Positions 24,703 to 37,216 of a DNA stretch of 64,000 nucleotides are shown here, piece by piece. The stretch comes from Aplysia californica (lineage: Eukaryota): positions 890,549 to 954,548 of the forward strand of contig NW_004797413.1 in assembly GCF_000002075.1 (NCBI RefSeq), written 5' to 3'. Made by a program: the position numbers and the translations under genes. The notes beneath the pieces were generated by a model that was given only the letters and a program-made list of their open reading frames with translations, was not told where the DNA came from and searched no databases. Within the stretch, counting starts at the first letter, position 1; each line of letters begins with the position of its first letter.

Positions 24703-27700
24703 GTGTGTACAGTTATAGTGGAATGTATTGTTTACATTTTTTGTGGTCTTTGATTTGTGCAAATATATATACATATATATTTTTTGCGTTCTCCATGAAT
24801 CTCAAAGGTGCTCATGTGTAAATCAAATGGAATGTATGCATGAATTGTTTTATCAAAGCTTTAATGATGGAATGTATGGATTTCATCACTGCTCTCTAGT
24901 CGATGTCTTTTGTCCGCTGAACTCCCTTCATTGACAAAAAGATGGGTGTGGGAAAACAATGAGCAGGCTGCACCAATATAATCCATATTTAACTTTAAAA
25001 TTAAAAGTAGGGCCCCCAAAATATCGTCCTGTAGACTTCAATTGGCCCACAGGCTGCGAATTTGATACCCCTGGTGTAAAAGGAGGAGCGAGGAAGGAGA
25101 GTTGGTTGTGTTGTTCACAGGTTGAGTGTAGCAGAATCTTTTGACTGATTGATTTGTGTACTGATTGAAATTGTTATATTTAGTTTGTGTGGTTGAGATC
25201 TGGTTTAGACATATCCTAGCACTGTTGACCAATAATGAAAGTTTTTCTTTACTACCGACTTAAATGCATTCTTCATCATCATGTGACGATTTGGATGGTT
25301 TGTCGCTTTTTTTCAAATTCTGCGCTCAGTCTTCTATTTTTATTGACTGATCTGACTCAGACTGTATTAATTGAGATTTGGTGAGAGAGATAGAGAGGGA
25401 GGAGGAGGAGAGAAGGAGAAGGGGAGAGAGAGAGAGGGATGGAAAGGGAAAAAGAATAGATATATTTATATAACCTTGATGATTTTCTAAACAGCTATGA
25501 GTGGAATTGTATGTTCACTTTACAAGTGTAAGTCACAAAATACTCCAACTAAAGCTACTCACAATGTGCGACATACGACTGAGCAAGGTTACTTGAAGAT
25601 TTTTCTGCATAGCTATACATAAATGTTCCAAATGAGAGTTCCCTTTTCTCAATAATCATATCAAAACAGTATTTTGTTGAAGTTTATTTGGGGTTACATA
25701 AACTCATGGTCCGTATGCATAAATTTAGTGCTCGAGTAAAGGACTCAAGTTAATACCACGATTGTTTTAAATCTCCGATAAGAGGACAGTTCAGGGTAAT
25801 GTGGATTGTGTTTGTGGGTGAGGAAAAGTGGGGTGGGGGCGGGGAGATAGAAAGCTGGCACTGTTTTTCAGAATGACACATATCACGTATGATTTATTGT
25901 GTAAGTGTCATAGACTCCATCTGTTTGTGTTTGTGTTAGTTTCCTGATGATCTTCTGCCATGTTGGAAACATCTTGAGTCTCAGCTCTGTGTGTGTGTGT
26001 GTGTGTGTGCCTGAATCATGAACAGGGTGTTGTGTGTTTGGTTCAACCAAAGACTGTACATTACTTATACAATTTTTTCAGTTGCTTTTGTCTGAAATTC
26101 TTTGGCTTCAGAGGTGTCCCAAAAAATGTGAATCTCCTCGCTGTTGCAAAGTTCACCATTTGATCACAAAGAAAATGCGAGTCATCTGTGTTTTCATTTT
26201 AAAGCGTTTGGTGCAGTTTATAAGATAGCACACTCATGCTCCGTGATAGCGACTGCTAGAAATAGAATGATGTGTAGGTTTGGAAATGTTTTAATTTGAA
26301 CTTTGTTGTGATTCTCTTGTAACTTTTCTCGTATAACTTCTGCTACGAAGCGAACACTTTGTGTAACTTGTAAACTTTGTGTGTTTGGAAGTGTGAGGGA
26401 TGGTTTGCAAAAATGGCTTCATCGTGATTGCTCAATGAAGGTGCTCGGGGGGTACAGTACTATATAGACCTTGTGTTTTTGAGTTCTTTATCTCTTGGTA
26501 TTTCTCTATAAATGACTTGGATTTGACATACTGTGTTTGATTTCTCATTTTGTTGTTTAGTTTTAGTAGAGCAACTGCGTAAGGTCATTTGAGCGCCAAA
26601 CATTTTGTTGTGAATTGCTTGCGCTGACATTAGTCCGTTTAAGACATATATAGTTTGTTTACCCACTGCATAAAAACAAGGAAAAAACCCGAAAACAATT
26701 AAACTTTATTCCGCCAGGCACTCGGAGACTGTGACATAAGGAAGTTGGGGTTGAAAAAGTGGCCACGTAAATTAAAGGATTTATGGTTGTAATGACTAGA
26801 CGTGAGTATATTTTTTTGTGTATGGAGAAAAATTTGAAACTGATTTACTCTATCAACACATAGATCCATAAGACTTGACAAGTGGCCATCTCACAGGAGA
26901 ACCTGTATGGGCCAACAGAGGAACTGAGCAGGACGGCCCAGTACAATGTGATAGATACTGGTCTTCAAGTGTGATGCGATCAAGAAGAAGAAGAAGAGAA
27001 TTATTTTTAGTTTACAAAAGTAACTAATTGAGCAAAGTGCTAGACTTGTAGTATGGATGTGCACTCTCTGAGATCTACTCAGTCTTTGTTGGGACCCAGT
27101 CTATCATTTTGAGGAAAGGATGGCTATTTTTAGAAAAATTCTATAGTTCATTTTTGTTTACGCTTTGCTGTGACAATCCAATAGTGGTAATAGTTCCATG
27201 GAGCCTAAGACAAAAATAACATTTCCTGCAAACAAATTTAATCAGTGTTTGGGAAAATATTCCACTAACACAAATGACAAACACAGGCTATGCGTTTTAG
27301 ACATTATCATTTTTATTATCTTTCTTATAATAAACCACTCTTGCAGGAAAACCTACGGTACTTGAATACCCATGAACTGGGTGATAAAATAAAACAATTC
27401 ACCGGGATGAATAGTGAAATATGACGAAGATGGTAAAAAGTGTGATTTTTATATTTTACTTTTATGAAACCAAAACAATTTGTCTTGTATTATGGAATTC
27501 AAAAAGAGAGAAACAAATTTTAGCCCCTCTTTAACTCTTTTTGTACTTTGCTTTCTCACCTGAAGTCAGAATTGCTGAAAGCAAAGTCTGATGTACTGGT
27601 GTATATTAATGAAACAGTTAAATGTCTTGAAAGTGAGTCCTATTTTCATCAACAATGTTCCCACAATTTCAAAGACCTTTCTTTTTTTCTTGGCAAGAAA

Positions 27701-28390
27701 AACTGGCACAGTTCCTTGCTCCGTGTAAGTATTGTTATGTCCCATAGTCACAGATCTACGCACAGATTGAGTTGAGCAAGGGCCTTGGTCACATTCATTA
27801 GTCGTTGTAAAGTATTGTTCCCCTGAGACAAATGAAATTTATGAGATAGGGAATTTTTCATGTACAAAGTAGGAAACAGAATAGAAGATATAATGTATGT
27901 ATACTTACCAACACATCTATTCAAAAAACAGCTTAAAAGCTTGGTTAAGCCCTCGTACACATATGCACTTAAGCATTTATGCTCACATATGCACTCATAT
28001 ATACATCATGGCATTCCCTATGATAAAAGTTATACAGAGAGACAGAAATGTAAAAATTGTAGAAGTTTTACACCCCCATCAGGATAATTCATGGCCAACC
28101 CGGGCTTGGAGCAATTTAGCATCCCGAAAGACATAATATATATATGGAGATATTCGATAAAAACTCCTCACATGGGAATCAAACTCACATCTTCAGCATG
28201 TAAAAACAGGAAAATGCCTCACCATTACCCCACGGATGCTGGTATGGTACGGTAGACAACATGGCATTGTTGAAAAGAATAAAAGAAAAAAAGTCGACCA
28301 ACCAAAATAAAGGAATAAAACCTGGATAGAAAATCTCTAGAGTGAGAATCATCATCCAGGCAAGTGAGATCTTTCTGTGTTTGGACATTT

Positions 28391-28466
28391 CTCTCCTATA
28401 GGCACATCCAGAAGCAGACATCGGAACTTGATTTCATCTGCTTCTATCATAAACAGGACAGAAAAG
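28391..28466 (-). promoter_or_regulatory. Eukaryotic SECIS element (type II) in the SelL 3' UTR
   Basis: RNA: CUUUUCUGU CCUGUUU A UGAU AGAAGCAGAU G AA AUC AAGUUCC GAU GUCUGCUUCU GGAU GUGCCU AUAGGAGAG. It has a 9-bp helix I, an AUGAU/GGAU kink-turn core, a 10-bp helix II, unpaired apical AA and a mini-stem. It lies ~760 nt after the stop codon. Folded by eye. Confidence 0.9.
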
Positions 28467-29226
28467 TCAGGGGAAATTTGAAAGTAACAATATTTGACTA
28501 GTAAGTAGGCAAAAGGAAGGTTGCCTAATTTTAAAAAATGTAATGCATTTATTTTTCTCATTTTTGAAAATGGAAAGAGTCCACATTTGGATCTATTATG
28601 GGAAAATAAATATTAACCCTATCCATACGTCGTGTTTTACTATTGCATCCATAAGACGTGGGGAGCTCTGTGCCACCACTTTCCAAAGAGGATATTTACT
28701 CGTTAATCCGATCCATACACTCTGCATAGCAGTCTGTCAAAATGATTTTTTGAAAAACACTTAAAGTTTCAAAGAGATCTTCGTACTAAAAGTAGTAGAA
28801 GTATTCTAAAATGTGAAGACGGGGTACAAAACGACCCCAGGGCATACGGATAGGGTTAGGGTACATTCGTAGAAAGACAGTGAACTACGAGAGTGACAAT
28901 GAAAAATCTGGCTAATTCAAAGAAAATCAGGCAGTCTCCCCATTTTTGGTTTCAGTGGACTTCACTGTTCCTTGGTATTGAAAAAAAAAATAAATAGAGC
29001 ACTCAACGTTGTGAAGGATATTGGCTGTACAAGTAAGCATGCTCTTTTTATGAATGGATCGAAGAAACATTTTAAAGATATATGTTGAAGAATGACATCT
29101 GTTTTTTCTGAAACAAGATCGAAATCTGTCAATTCATCTCCACTTACAGCTTCATCATCGTTACAGTCAAATTTTCCCATGCACAAACACATAAAACACA
29201 CACACAGAAAATCAGATACTAAGACA

Positions 29227-32200
29227 CTACTTGTCTTGTGTTTGAACTTTGCTTGTGGAAGGAAGAGAATCTGGGTCATTGACTGTCATGGCCGCCAGTA
29301 GTTGATCCACCGATGGGCGATCAGACGAGGTTTTGCTCGGGTATGACAGTTTGATCACACCCTGGCGGTCTAGGACAAAGTCTCCACCCATCTGAAAGTG
29401 AAAAGGCATAACAGCTGTGGTACATGATAATGGCAGGTAAAAATGAGATACTTGACAGGAAAAGCTAAAAATAGTTTTATATGCCAGAGCCTCTTTTGTT
29501 GTAAATTCTCTGTCATGATATAAACTATAATAAACCACTAGTTACAACAAATATTTCAAATAGATGTAAAAAAAACAACCCAAAAACCAGTGACTGAATT
29601 CCAGAATGACTGGAGTAGACTGGCCAATCTGGTTAAATATTAACACTTTGCCCCCCACACCGGACGCCAATCGGCGTGAGCAATAAGTCATCTCTTTCTC
29701 CCACTGGACACCGTAGGCGACAGTAATAATATAGCAAAAAAGCCCCTGGCATAATCGGATTGTTTTGAGAGAAGTGTGTTGTTCACTTCCTCTGTTTTGT
29801 CATATCACCGATGGAAACATTATGAGGCCTTACAGGTGTTGAGCTCAACAATACAAAGTCCAACTTGCTGTAACAACCACTTGTCCAAGACAATCATCTA
29901 CAAATAACCACTTTCCAAATTGATTTTTTTTTTAATTATAAGAACACTGTCCAAGATGTTCATCTGTCTAAGACAACCAAACACTTTTCTCCTCCACAGT
30001 TGGAGGCTGTCTTCAACAATTTAGACTAATACCATACGGTACCTAAAAGATCAAGGGGAAAACCGTGTGGAACATGGAGAAGAATTACAGAAATTGATGT
30101 ACAAAAAAGTAGGAAGACATGGAATAACATCAAGAGGCTAGCCTAAGAGAGAGAAAGGTGGAAAGTGTTTGTCCGTGGCATTTAACTCATTCGCTACGCC
30201 GAGCCGTGGGGGGCGGCACGGCTAGAGTGCCGTCAGTATGCTAAGCCGCCCCCGGCGGCTCGAGAACCGACGTTCAATTTGAGCTTGGTTTCTATTCCAA
30301 TCCACATATCCATGTTAAAATAAAGGTCACAATATAAAGTTGACTTCCGGGTCAAGCGTTTCCATCGAAAATCGGAAGTTTTGATTCAGTTTTGAAACAC
30401 GATTTCGAAGTTTATGCGACATTGTTTTATCGCGAAGCCCAAATTATAGCCCAGACACCAGTCTTAGTACTTTTACACAACAAAATGTATCATTATTTTG
30501 CCCACTAAAGAAATGTAGGACTCTTCTTTATAATATTGATACTACTGGACTCAAATTGCCAGTGCACTGTAATTGAGAAATCAATATTTTTGAATGCTAG
30601 ATCTAGGCCTAGATCTAAATAGTCAAAATATTTTTTCTCCCCAAAATCACTATTTTTTGTGAATTTACTCAAAAAGTACCACCCTAGACATGTATAGGTT
30701 TATTCCAAATACAATTCTGGATAATTCCATATAAGATACAAGTGTTTTTTTCTGCTTAGGATCCTTTTTTCAAAATTATTTTAAAAATTATTTTTTTTTC
30801 AATATCGGAGGTTATGATCCAAATGTACAAATATTATGGAATGTATGTAAATAACTGCTCATTTTTCAATATTTTCCTGTTCTATATACAGTTATGGTTA
30901 TTTTGATGTATCATTTGACTAGGTGCAAACATATTTTTTGAGTTTCATCTGAGATTATAAATTTTTTGTTTTCAAATTTTATCCGCAGCCAATCACAATT
31001 GTGTTGCATAATCGCCTCTTACAGGAACCAAAGTTGAAAAATACACAAATAAATAATGCAGATGTATTCTACAAACCATACTAAAAATGTTGGTATATAA
31101 TATGTTGATATTTATTTGAATTTATGACCCCCAAGACCTGTGAACTGCGCACTAGTCATCATCTCATTTCGCCCTCCCGAAAAAAATTCGTCCACAAGCC
31201 GAAAATAATACGTAGCGAATGAGTTAACTTGATGCAGGGTGAGAAAGGCAATATGATGATGATGACCATACTTAGGTGTAAGCTTACCTGCTGGGGATCA
31301 TCATGAACATTTTCAAAGGGTTTGGGCAGTTCCCGACCAGCCACAAGTTGTTCAGCGTAGTAGACCATGCATGCAATGCTCCACACCTGAGGGGGCGAGA
31401 GATCAGAGACCGTTAGAAACTACCAATCAAAGACCAAGTGAGAACTGTTGATCAGAGATCATGTGAGAGAACAAGAGATCATAGATCATAGACCACCATG
31501 TGAGAAATTGTAGATCCCAAGAAACTAAATTCAGAGAGAGAAGGGGGAGGAGGAGTTCCAATTTATGTATTTTCCATGTCATAAAAAACTTTAGGATTTT
31601 TGTTTCTAATTTAGAGAAAGAATTTTGAAGAGCAGTGTCCACATTTCAACATATATACAGTAACACTGTCGCAGTGTTGATGGCTGAGGTAAATCTGTGA
31701 ACCTCTCAGTGTGTAGACCTGTCCATAGTTAAAACTGTTGTCATTTACACAACAAAAATTATCTTGCTTGGCTAGTTTTGTCTTGGGGGAGGGGGGGGGG
31801 GATGAGAGGTGGGACTGGGAACAAGTGCATGCAGATGACAGTCATTTTTAAAAAAGTGATGGGAATATATACATAGTTGAATTTTTTCAAGATGGCCACC
31901 CATTGTTGAGGCAAAAAGTAGTTGCCTAAGACTGGTAGACGGCTTGCACTGTGCCATCATAATACAGAAAAAAACACAGATGGGAAAGTGGGAAGCAGTT
32001 ATTTGTACAGGTCTTAGGCAGGTGGTCATAAGAGCAGACTCAACTTATCTGATTTAAAAGATGTAACAAAGACATCATTCCTTGAATCTGGTGAATAAAG
32101 ACTTAGCTTATTTGAGTACTTACTTTATAAACAGATCTACTTAAACCGAATGCTTGATATATCTGAGGACATACAAGAAAAACTAAATTAAAAAACATTT

Positions 32201-35200
32201 AAGCAATTGGAGCTTTACATTTTATCTTTCTCTGCTTTCAGAAATGCTTTTCTAACCATTATACTGTAAGCACATTAACTTAATTAACTTAAGCACCTTC
32301 TTAGTAGAAATGCTCTGACAAGTGAGATTTATGATCCTTATCTTTATTAAAGCACCACAAAAACAAGTACAATAAAATATGTAGCTGTCCGTTAAATCAT
32401 AAAATAGAAGAAAAGAAAAAACTGACCACATTTCTGTGGAGTCTGGAGGGTGCGCTGAGCTTCCGGACTCAGTATTTTGGGAAGTTTGTTCCTAATTTTC
32501 ACACATTTCTAATGTTCTATATATCTAGTATCTTTATTTTACAGCCTATGATAATGCATTCTACCTTCCCAACCCTTCCCCCCATCCCTTTCCCCTTCTT
32601 TCTCAGGAAAAATCAATCTATCATCTAGTTCTTTTCCAAGAATAAAAATGGTCATAAGAGTGGTGACATTCATTTTCTCCATAAACAGCCAACTTACCGT
32701 CCTCTTGCCATCCAAAACCATGTCATACGGACACTGCGTTTCTTCCAGCCATTTCAGAGCTCCATGACGCTCTCCAAAAGACACCATCAAAATTCTGCCT
32801 CCGGCTTCTGAGATTTCTGCCTGTATGAACAAAAAAAAAGAATGAACTCCACAGTTTCCTACTGTAAGAAAGGCCTGATAAAAAAACTGAGAACACAAAG
32901 TTCTTCTGTAGAAAAGGTCTGGTTATTATAGAATGAAAACATCGCCAAAACAGCCACAGCTAAGACAGAAAAGGAATTTCTCTTGTACCTATTGATCACT
33001 AGACAGAGCAAAGATTTGGTCTCCTGACAACTGCCATAACATTGGGAAATCTATGCTTTTTTTAAAAAGATATTATATACATGAAAAGAAAAACTAAACC
33101 TGTTAGCAAACAGAAAGTCAAACATAGACTTGGAACAGGGAAACATACAGTTGAACCTGCTTTAACTTCTAATCTCCCGCAAGCCGCTCCCAGCAGCACA
33201 CGGTTGGAACCGGTCGGAACCGCCGTGCCGACGAGCCGCTGACAAGGCTGAGAGAACTATCAAAATAGGTCGACTTGTTTTGATTTAATGACCCAATTAG
33301 TGATGTTTTGTGTCATTTTTAGATTTAGTACCAAATAAGGGCCCCGGCGTTGTAGGTTTACCCCCCTCTCAGATAAAGAGTTAATAACCACCTGTCCCTG
33401 ACCTGTACATACAACCACTTCCCATTCCTGCCTCATGTGTTTTTTACATTATATTGTCACTATCCAAGAAGGAAAAGAAATCAAATGAGGTAGTGCTTGA
33501 TGAAGCCCACGTGGGACGCTCAATGTTAAAAACAATCAGGAAACGACAAATGCAGTTTTTGGGACACATAAATAGACATAAGGGTCTTGAACATCTAGCT
33601 CTCACTGGCAAAACTGAGGGCAAGCAAGGCAGGGGTAGGCCCAGAACAACATACTTAGGGAACCTAAACAAATGGGTAACAGGGAAAGATCAGGTAAATG
33701 TAGCTTTTTTGAGAGCATCCGAGTAAAGGAAGGAATGGAGAACCATGATTGCCGATGTCTGTCGCAGATTTGGCACTGGATGATGATGATCCAAGAAGAC
33801 CACCTGTCTACGATGACCACTTTTCTCTTCGACAATGGGTGGTTGCCTTAGACACAAGTTCTACTTTTGTTTGTTTTAGTAAGGTTTTACGGCGCTGGCA
33901 ACTGCATACGGTCATATGAGCGCCAAGGGGTGGATGTCAACAGAGAAGTCTAAATGGGGAATCAGGCTTACTCAACTGCATAGGCTACAACTTACTCCAA
34001 AAAAAAGATAAAAACCTGGCACGTACACAAAAAACAGAAAACTTAACTGACCTGTCTAGAAACAATTGCACGCACATGGTCTCGTCAGGGCAATCAGGCA
34101 AAGTGTCTCAGCAGCACAAGCACGAGAAACTGCTGATCCATCAAGAAATCCTCAAATGTTGTAGGCAGCTCCGTGCAAGCATTGACCAGGCTGTCTGAGA
34201 TGGGACCCACATCTCCCTCGCGTAACGCAGGGCCCCCTGTTGAAGCAAGACCTTTGTCCACTCCCATGAGAAAGTCATCCCACTCTCGCTGTGAAGTAGA
34301 ATACCAGCACTTAATGAACATAGTCAACATTTCGGGAAGAACATTTAGGAAAACATTTTTTTTATCTCTGTCAACTTTTGGTAACAGGAGCAATGACAAG
34401 AGCATTCTGACTTAATATCCGTTGAACGCACAGAAATTCACAGGAAAAATTAAGTCTGATAAATATAAAAACTGAAGCCAATAATGTGGCAAGTAGCCCT
34501 CAAGCAAACAAAAGCCTATTTGACTGCAATAACATTTGATGAGGATGAAACCTAACAAGTTAACAACCTTCTCTCTTCCAGTATCATAGATCAACACGCG
34601 TACAGTAAAAAAAAATTGAGATAAAAAAATAAAAATGGTGAAAAACAAAAAACAAAACAAAAAAAATTACCTCAACATCAAGAAGCTCATCAAACGCTTC
34701 TCTCATTTTTCCATCTCTGTAAAAGGAAGACTTGTGTTAGAACAGGGAAAAACATCACAGCATAATAATCAATATTAGTAGGAAAAATAGAATTCAGCAA
34801 CAAAAATTACTTACTATTGCGGTACAAAAGGGGAAGTCTGCTAAAAAAAAATTCTTTAAACCACCATGTTTCCCTATTGGATTTCTCTGGTATGGATGCT
34901 TCATGGTTTTATACAATGATGGCTGAAACTTTAAAGACACACCAGCCACTAACTTTTAAAGTATCAAAAACACACAAACAGACAACATTGACCTTTCGTC
35001 ACTGAAATTCATACTCTACTCTATTCTTATATCATAAAAGGCAAGAAAAAAATACCCATAAAGATGAAACGAAATACCTATCCAGAAAGAGATTCCCCCT
35101 CAAAAACAATTAACAAACATATATAAGAAAAAATCAGAGCTTTCATTACAATGACAAAAAGAAGATAAGTTACTAAAGAAACGAACTTGCTACTGGTCTC

Positions 35201-36782
35201 AACAGAAGAACAGCCTAACAACACGAAGAATAACTTTGGCCATATTCGCATCTTGCAAAGTGAGGTTACCAGACAAGGAACTGTTTACATTTTTACATCA
35301 ACAACCACCGGTGTGTTCATGTGGGAGAAGAAGATCGCTTATTACATCAGTGCTTCGCATCTAACAGTACTGAAATAAAGTCAGTGACAGAGCTTCGAGA
35401 TTAAAGATCTTGGGGTGTGTCCAAGAGAAAAAATAAAAATAAATAAATGTGAAATCTCGTTATTTGTGAAATATTTTGTACATGCATGCCATTGTAAGTG
35501 TAAGCAGAAGGTATCTTTAATTTTTCTTTTTTCACTTTGGAAGGGAGGCGTGATTGGACAAAACTGGCATGACTCTAGTTCTGTACATACCTGAAGTGGC
35601 GACTCGCTTTCCTCTCAAATTCATCTTTGGACTTTGCTTCAACCCTGGAAAGACAAAACAATATTTTTTCCCTCACTGATAATAATAATGGGCTCAATTG
35701 CTTCCTCCATCTTCACAGAACATTTCAAAGGAGTTACAAAATGATCAATTGACACTTCAATATACAGAAATAATTATTGTGTTGTCGACACGATGAGCCA
35801 AAACATGTATAAAGCTGAGGTCAACTTCCCAGTTCTATCAAATGAGCAACATCCCTCCCCCTCCCCCCTCACTATCCAATAATTATTACAGAGAAAATCG
35901 AAGTAAAAGAGAAAACACATTTCTAGAAAGACTTACTTTTCAAAGGCTTTTTTGTACAGACCCACAATTCGGAAGAGTTTACCAATCTTCTGAGACACAA
36001 AGTCTTCACTGCTGCCTGCAGATTAGAGAGTGACACAATATGAGGACATGTACAGAGTCATATACTTCTAAATTAAGTAAGTGTTTTACAGCACTTGCAA
36101 CACAAATAGGTCATATAAGTGACGAAAATTAGTGGTATTACTGGACAGTAAGGCGGAGAGATAAGGACCATGAATGTTTGATAGGAAAGAAAGATTGAAC
36201 CACACCAGAGTACCTAATAACCTCCTGTGACCTACAGTAATTATGTACTGAGTCGATATAAGCAGCACTGGCAATAAACTCTCTAAAGAGAGAGTCCCAA
36301 AGTGTTGATTATAAATGATAGGCGATCGTTGCCAAAGTCAATGAATCCATATTAAGTCACTAAAATAATCTTAAATACACATTTCGGGAAATGATATTTT
36401 ATCTTGTGATTGCTGTAGAAAAGTAAAGTACTGCCATGGACAAATGATTTGTACTTCAATTTTGCTGAATATTTATTCAGGCCTAGATCTATATATATCT
36501 TTCATATGAAATTTCCTGCCGACATATTCTTATTCATTATTTCGGAAATTCAGACTTTTATAACAAGCTCCTCATGGTATTTCCACTAAGTAAAAAACAT
36601 CTCTTAAAATTTCTGAATTGTTAGAAAAGCAATAATATGGGTACATGCTAACACTGCATAGTAAAATAAGGCAACTTACTCTGAACATCATTTCTGGCAT
36701 TCCGTATGATCTCCGTGGCAGCATCGGTGACACTCTCTAGAGCAGACAGCAATGCTGCCTGCTTTACCTTGGACAAATCCAT
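29227..36782 (-). CDS. SELENOL: Selenoprotein L (AhpC/thioredoxin-fold protein with UxxU motif), 314 aa, 9 coding exons, two in-frame TGA (Sec) codons
   Basis: Minus-strand exons: 36782-36680, 36015-35937, 35644-35591, 34716-34671, 34288-34052, 32820-32698, 32162-32124, 31386-31288, 29391-29227. All GT-AG, total 945 nt. Protein: MDLSKVKQAA...FVSQKIGKLF...FDELLDVEREWDDFLMGVDKGL...LVLVLLRHFA-U-LP-U-RDHV...GGRILMVSFG...WLEETQCPYDMVLDGKRTIYQAFGL...QMGGDFVLDRQGVIKLSYPSKTSSDRPSVDQLL. These motifs are characteristic of SelL. TGA codons at 34096-34094 and 34087-34085; SECIS in the 3' UTR. Confidence 0.93.
30186..31223. mobile_element. Non-autonomous TTAA-targeting DNA transposon (piggyBac-like)
   Basis: TTAA|CTCATTCGCTACG ... 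CGTAGCGAATGAG|TTAA: perfect 13-bp TIRs with TTAA on both sides. Confidence 0.85.
33450..33790 (+). mobile_element. RTE-clade LINE 3' fragment
   Basis: Translation KSNEVVL...IRKRQMQFLGHINR...GKTEGKQGRGRPRTTYL...WRTMIADV, followed by a (TGA)n tail. Related fragments at ~48560-48680 and at ~30040-30185 plus 31228-31266. Confidence 0.85.
34052..34288 (-). CDS. SELENOL: SelL exon 5 carrying the UxxU motif (Sec159, Sec162)
   Basis: Acceptor tcacag|CGA at 34288, donor CAG|gtcagt at 34052. The 237-nt exon is phase 0/0 and reads ...AGA CAC TTT GCC TGA TTG CCC TGA CGA GAC CAT GTG... Confidence 0.92.
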
Positions 36783-37216
36783 GGATGGGGAAAATCCTGA
36801 TAGGAAAGAGGAATGTAAATAGACAGGTACTTAGAAAAAAAAACTTTAAGTGGGATTTGTTAGGACTGCCAGTACTGTAGTCTCTGCTTAAGGTCCTGAT
36901 GCTTGGGAGTAAGAAAATGTCAGAACTTCGACGAATGTATGGGATCTTTTCATATTCATCAGGGCAAGAATCCAAGGAGAATCATGGTCAGGCCCACAAT
37001 CGGTAAAATGATCTCAGTTTCCTTTGAAAGAAACTGATGTGGCCCATAGATGGGTATGACTTCTGGAAAGCAAAGAGCTGTTAACCTTGATTGCCAACCA
37101 CAATGGCATCACGCCATTTACACTTTTCATCTTGATCTAATTGTGAGTCTCAAGATAACACATGGCATAAAATCAGTTGGTTTAACAATGTATTTCAATA
37201 CAACTAAATTAAATAA

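Noticed and set aside
34085-34096. Pseudogene reading of the minus-strand gene (two in-frame stops)
   Set aside because: Both stops are TGA at the two redox positions of the SelL motif, all other exons are intact, and a SECIS is present.
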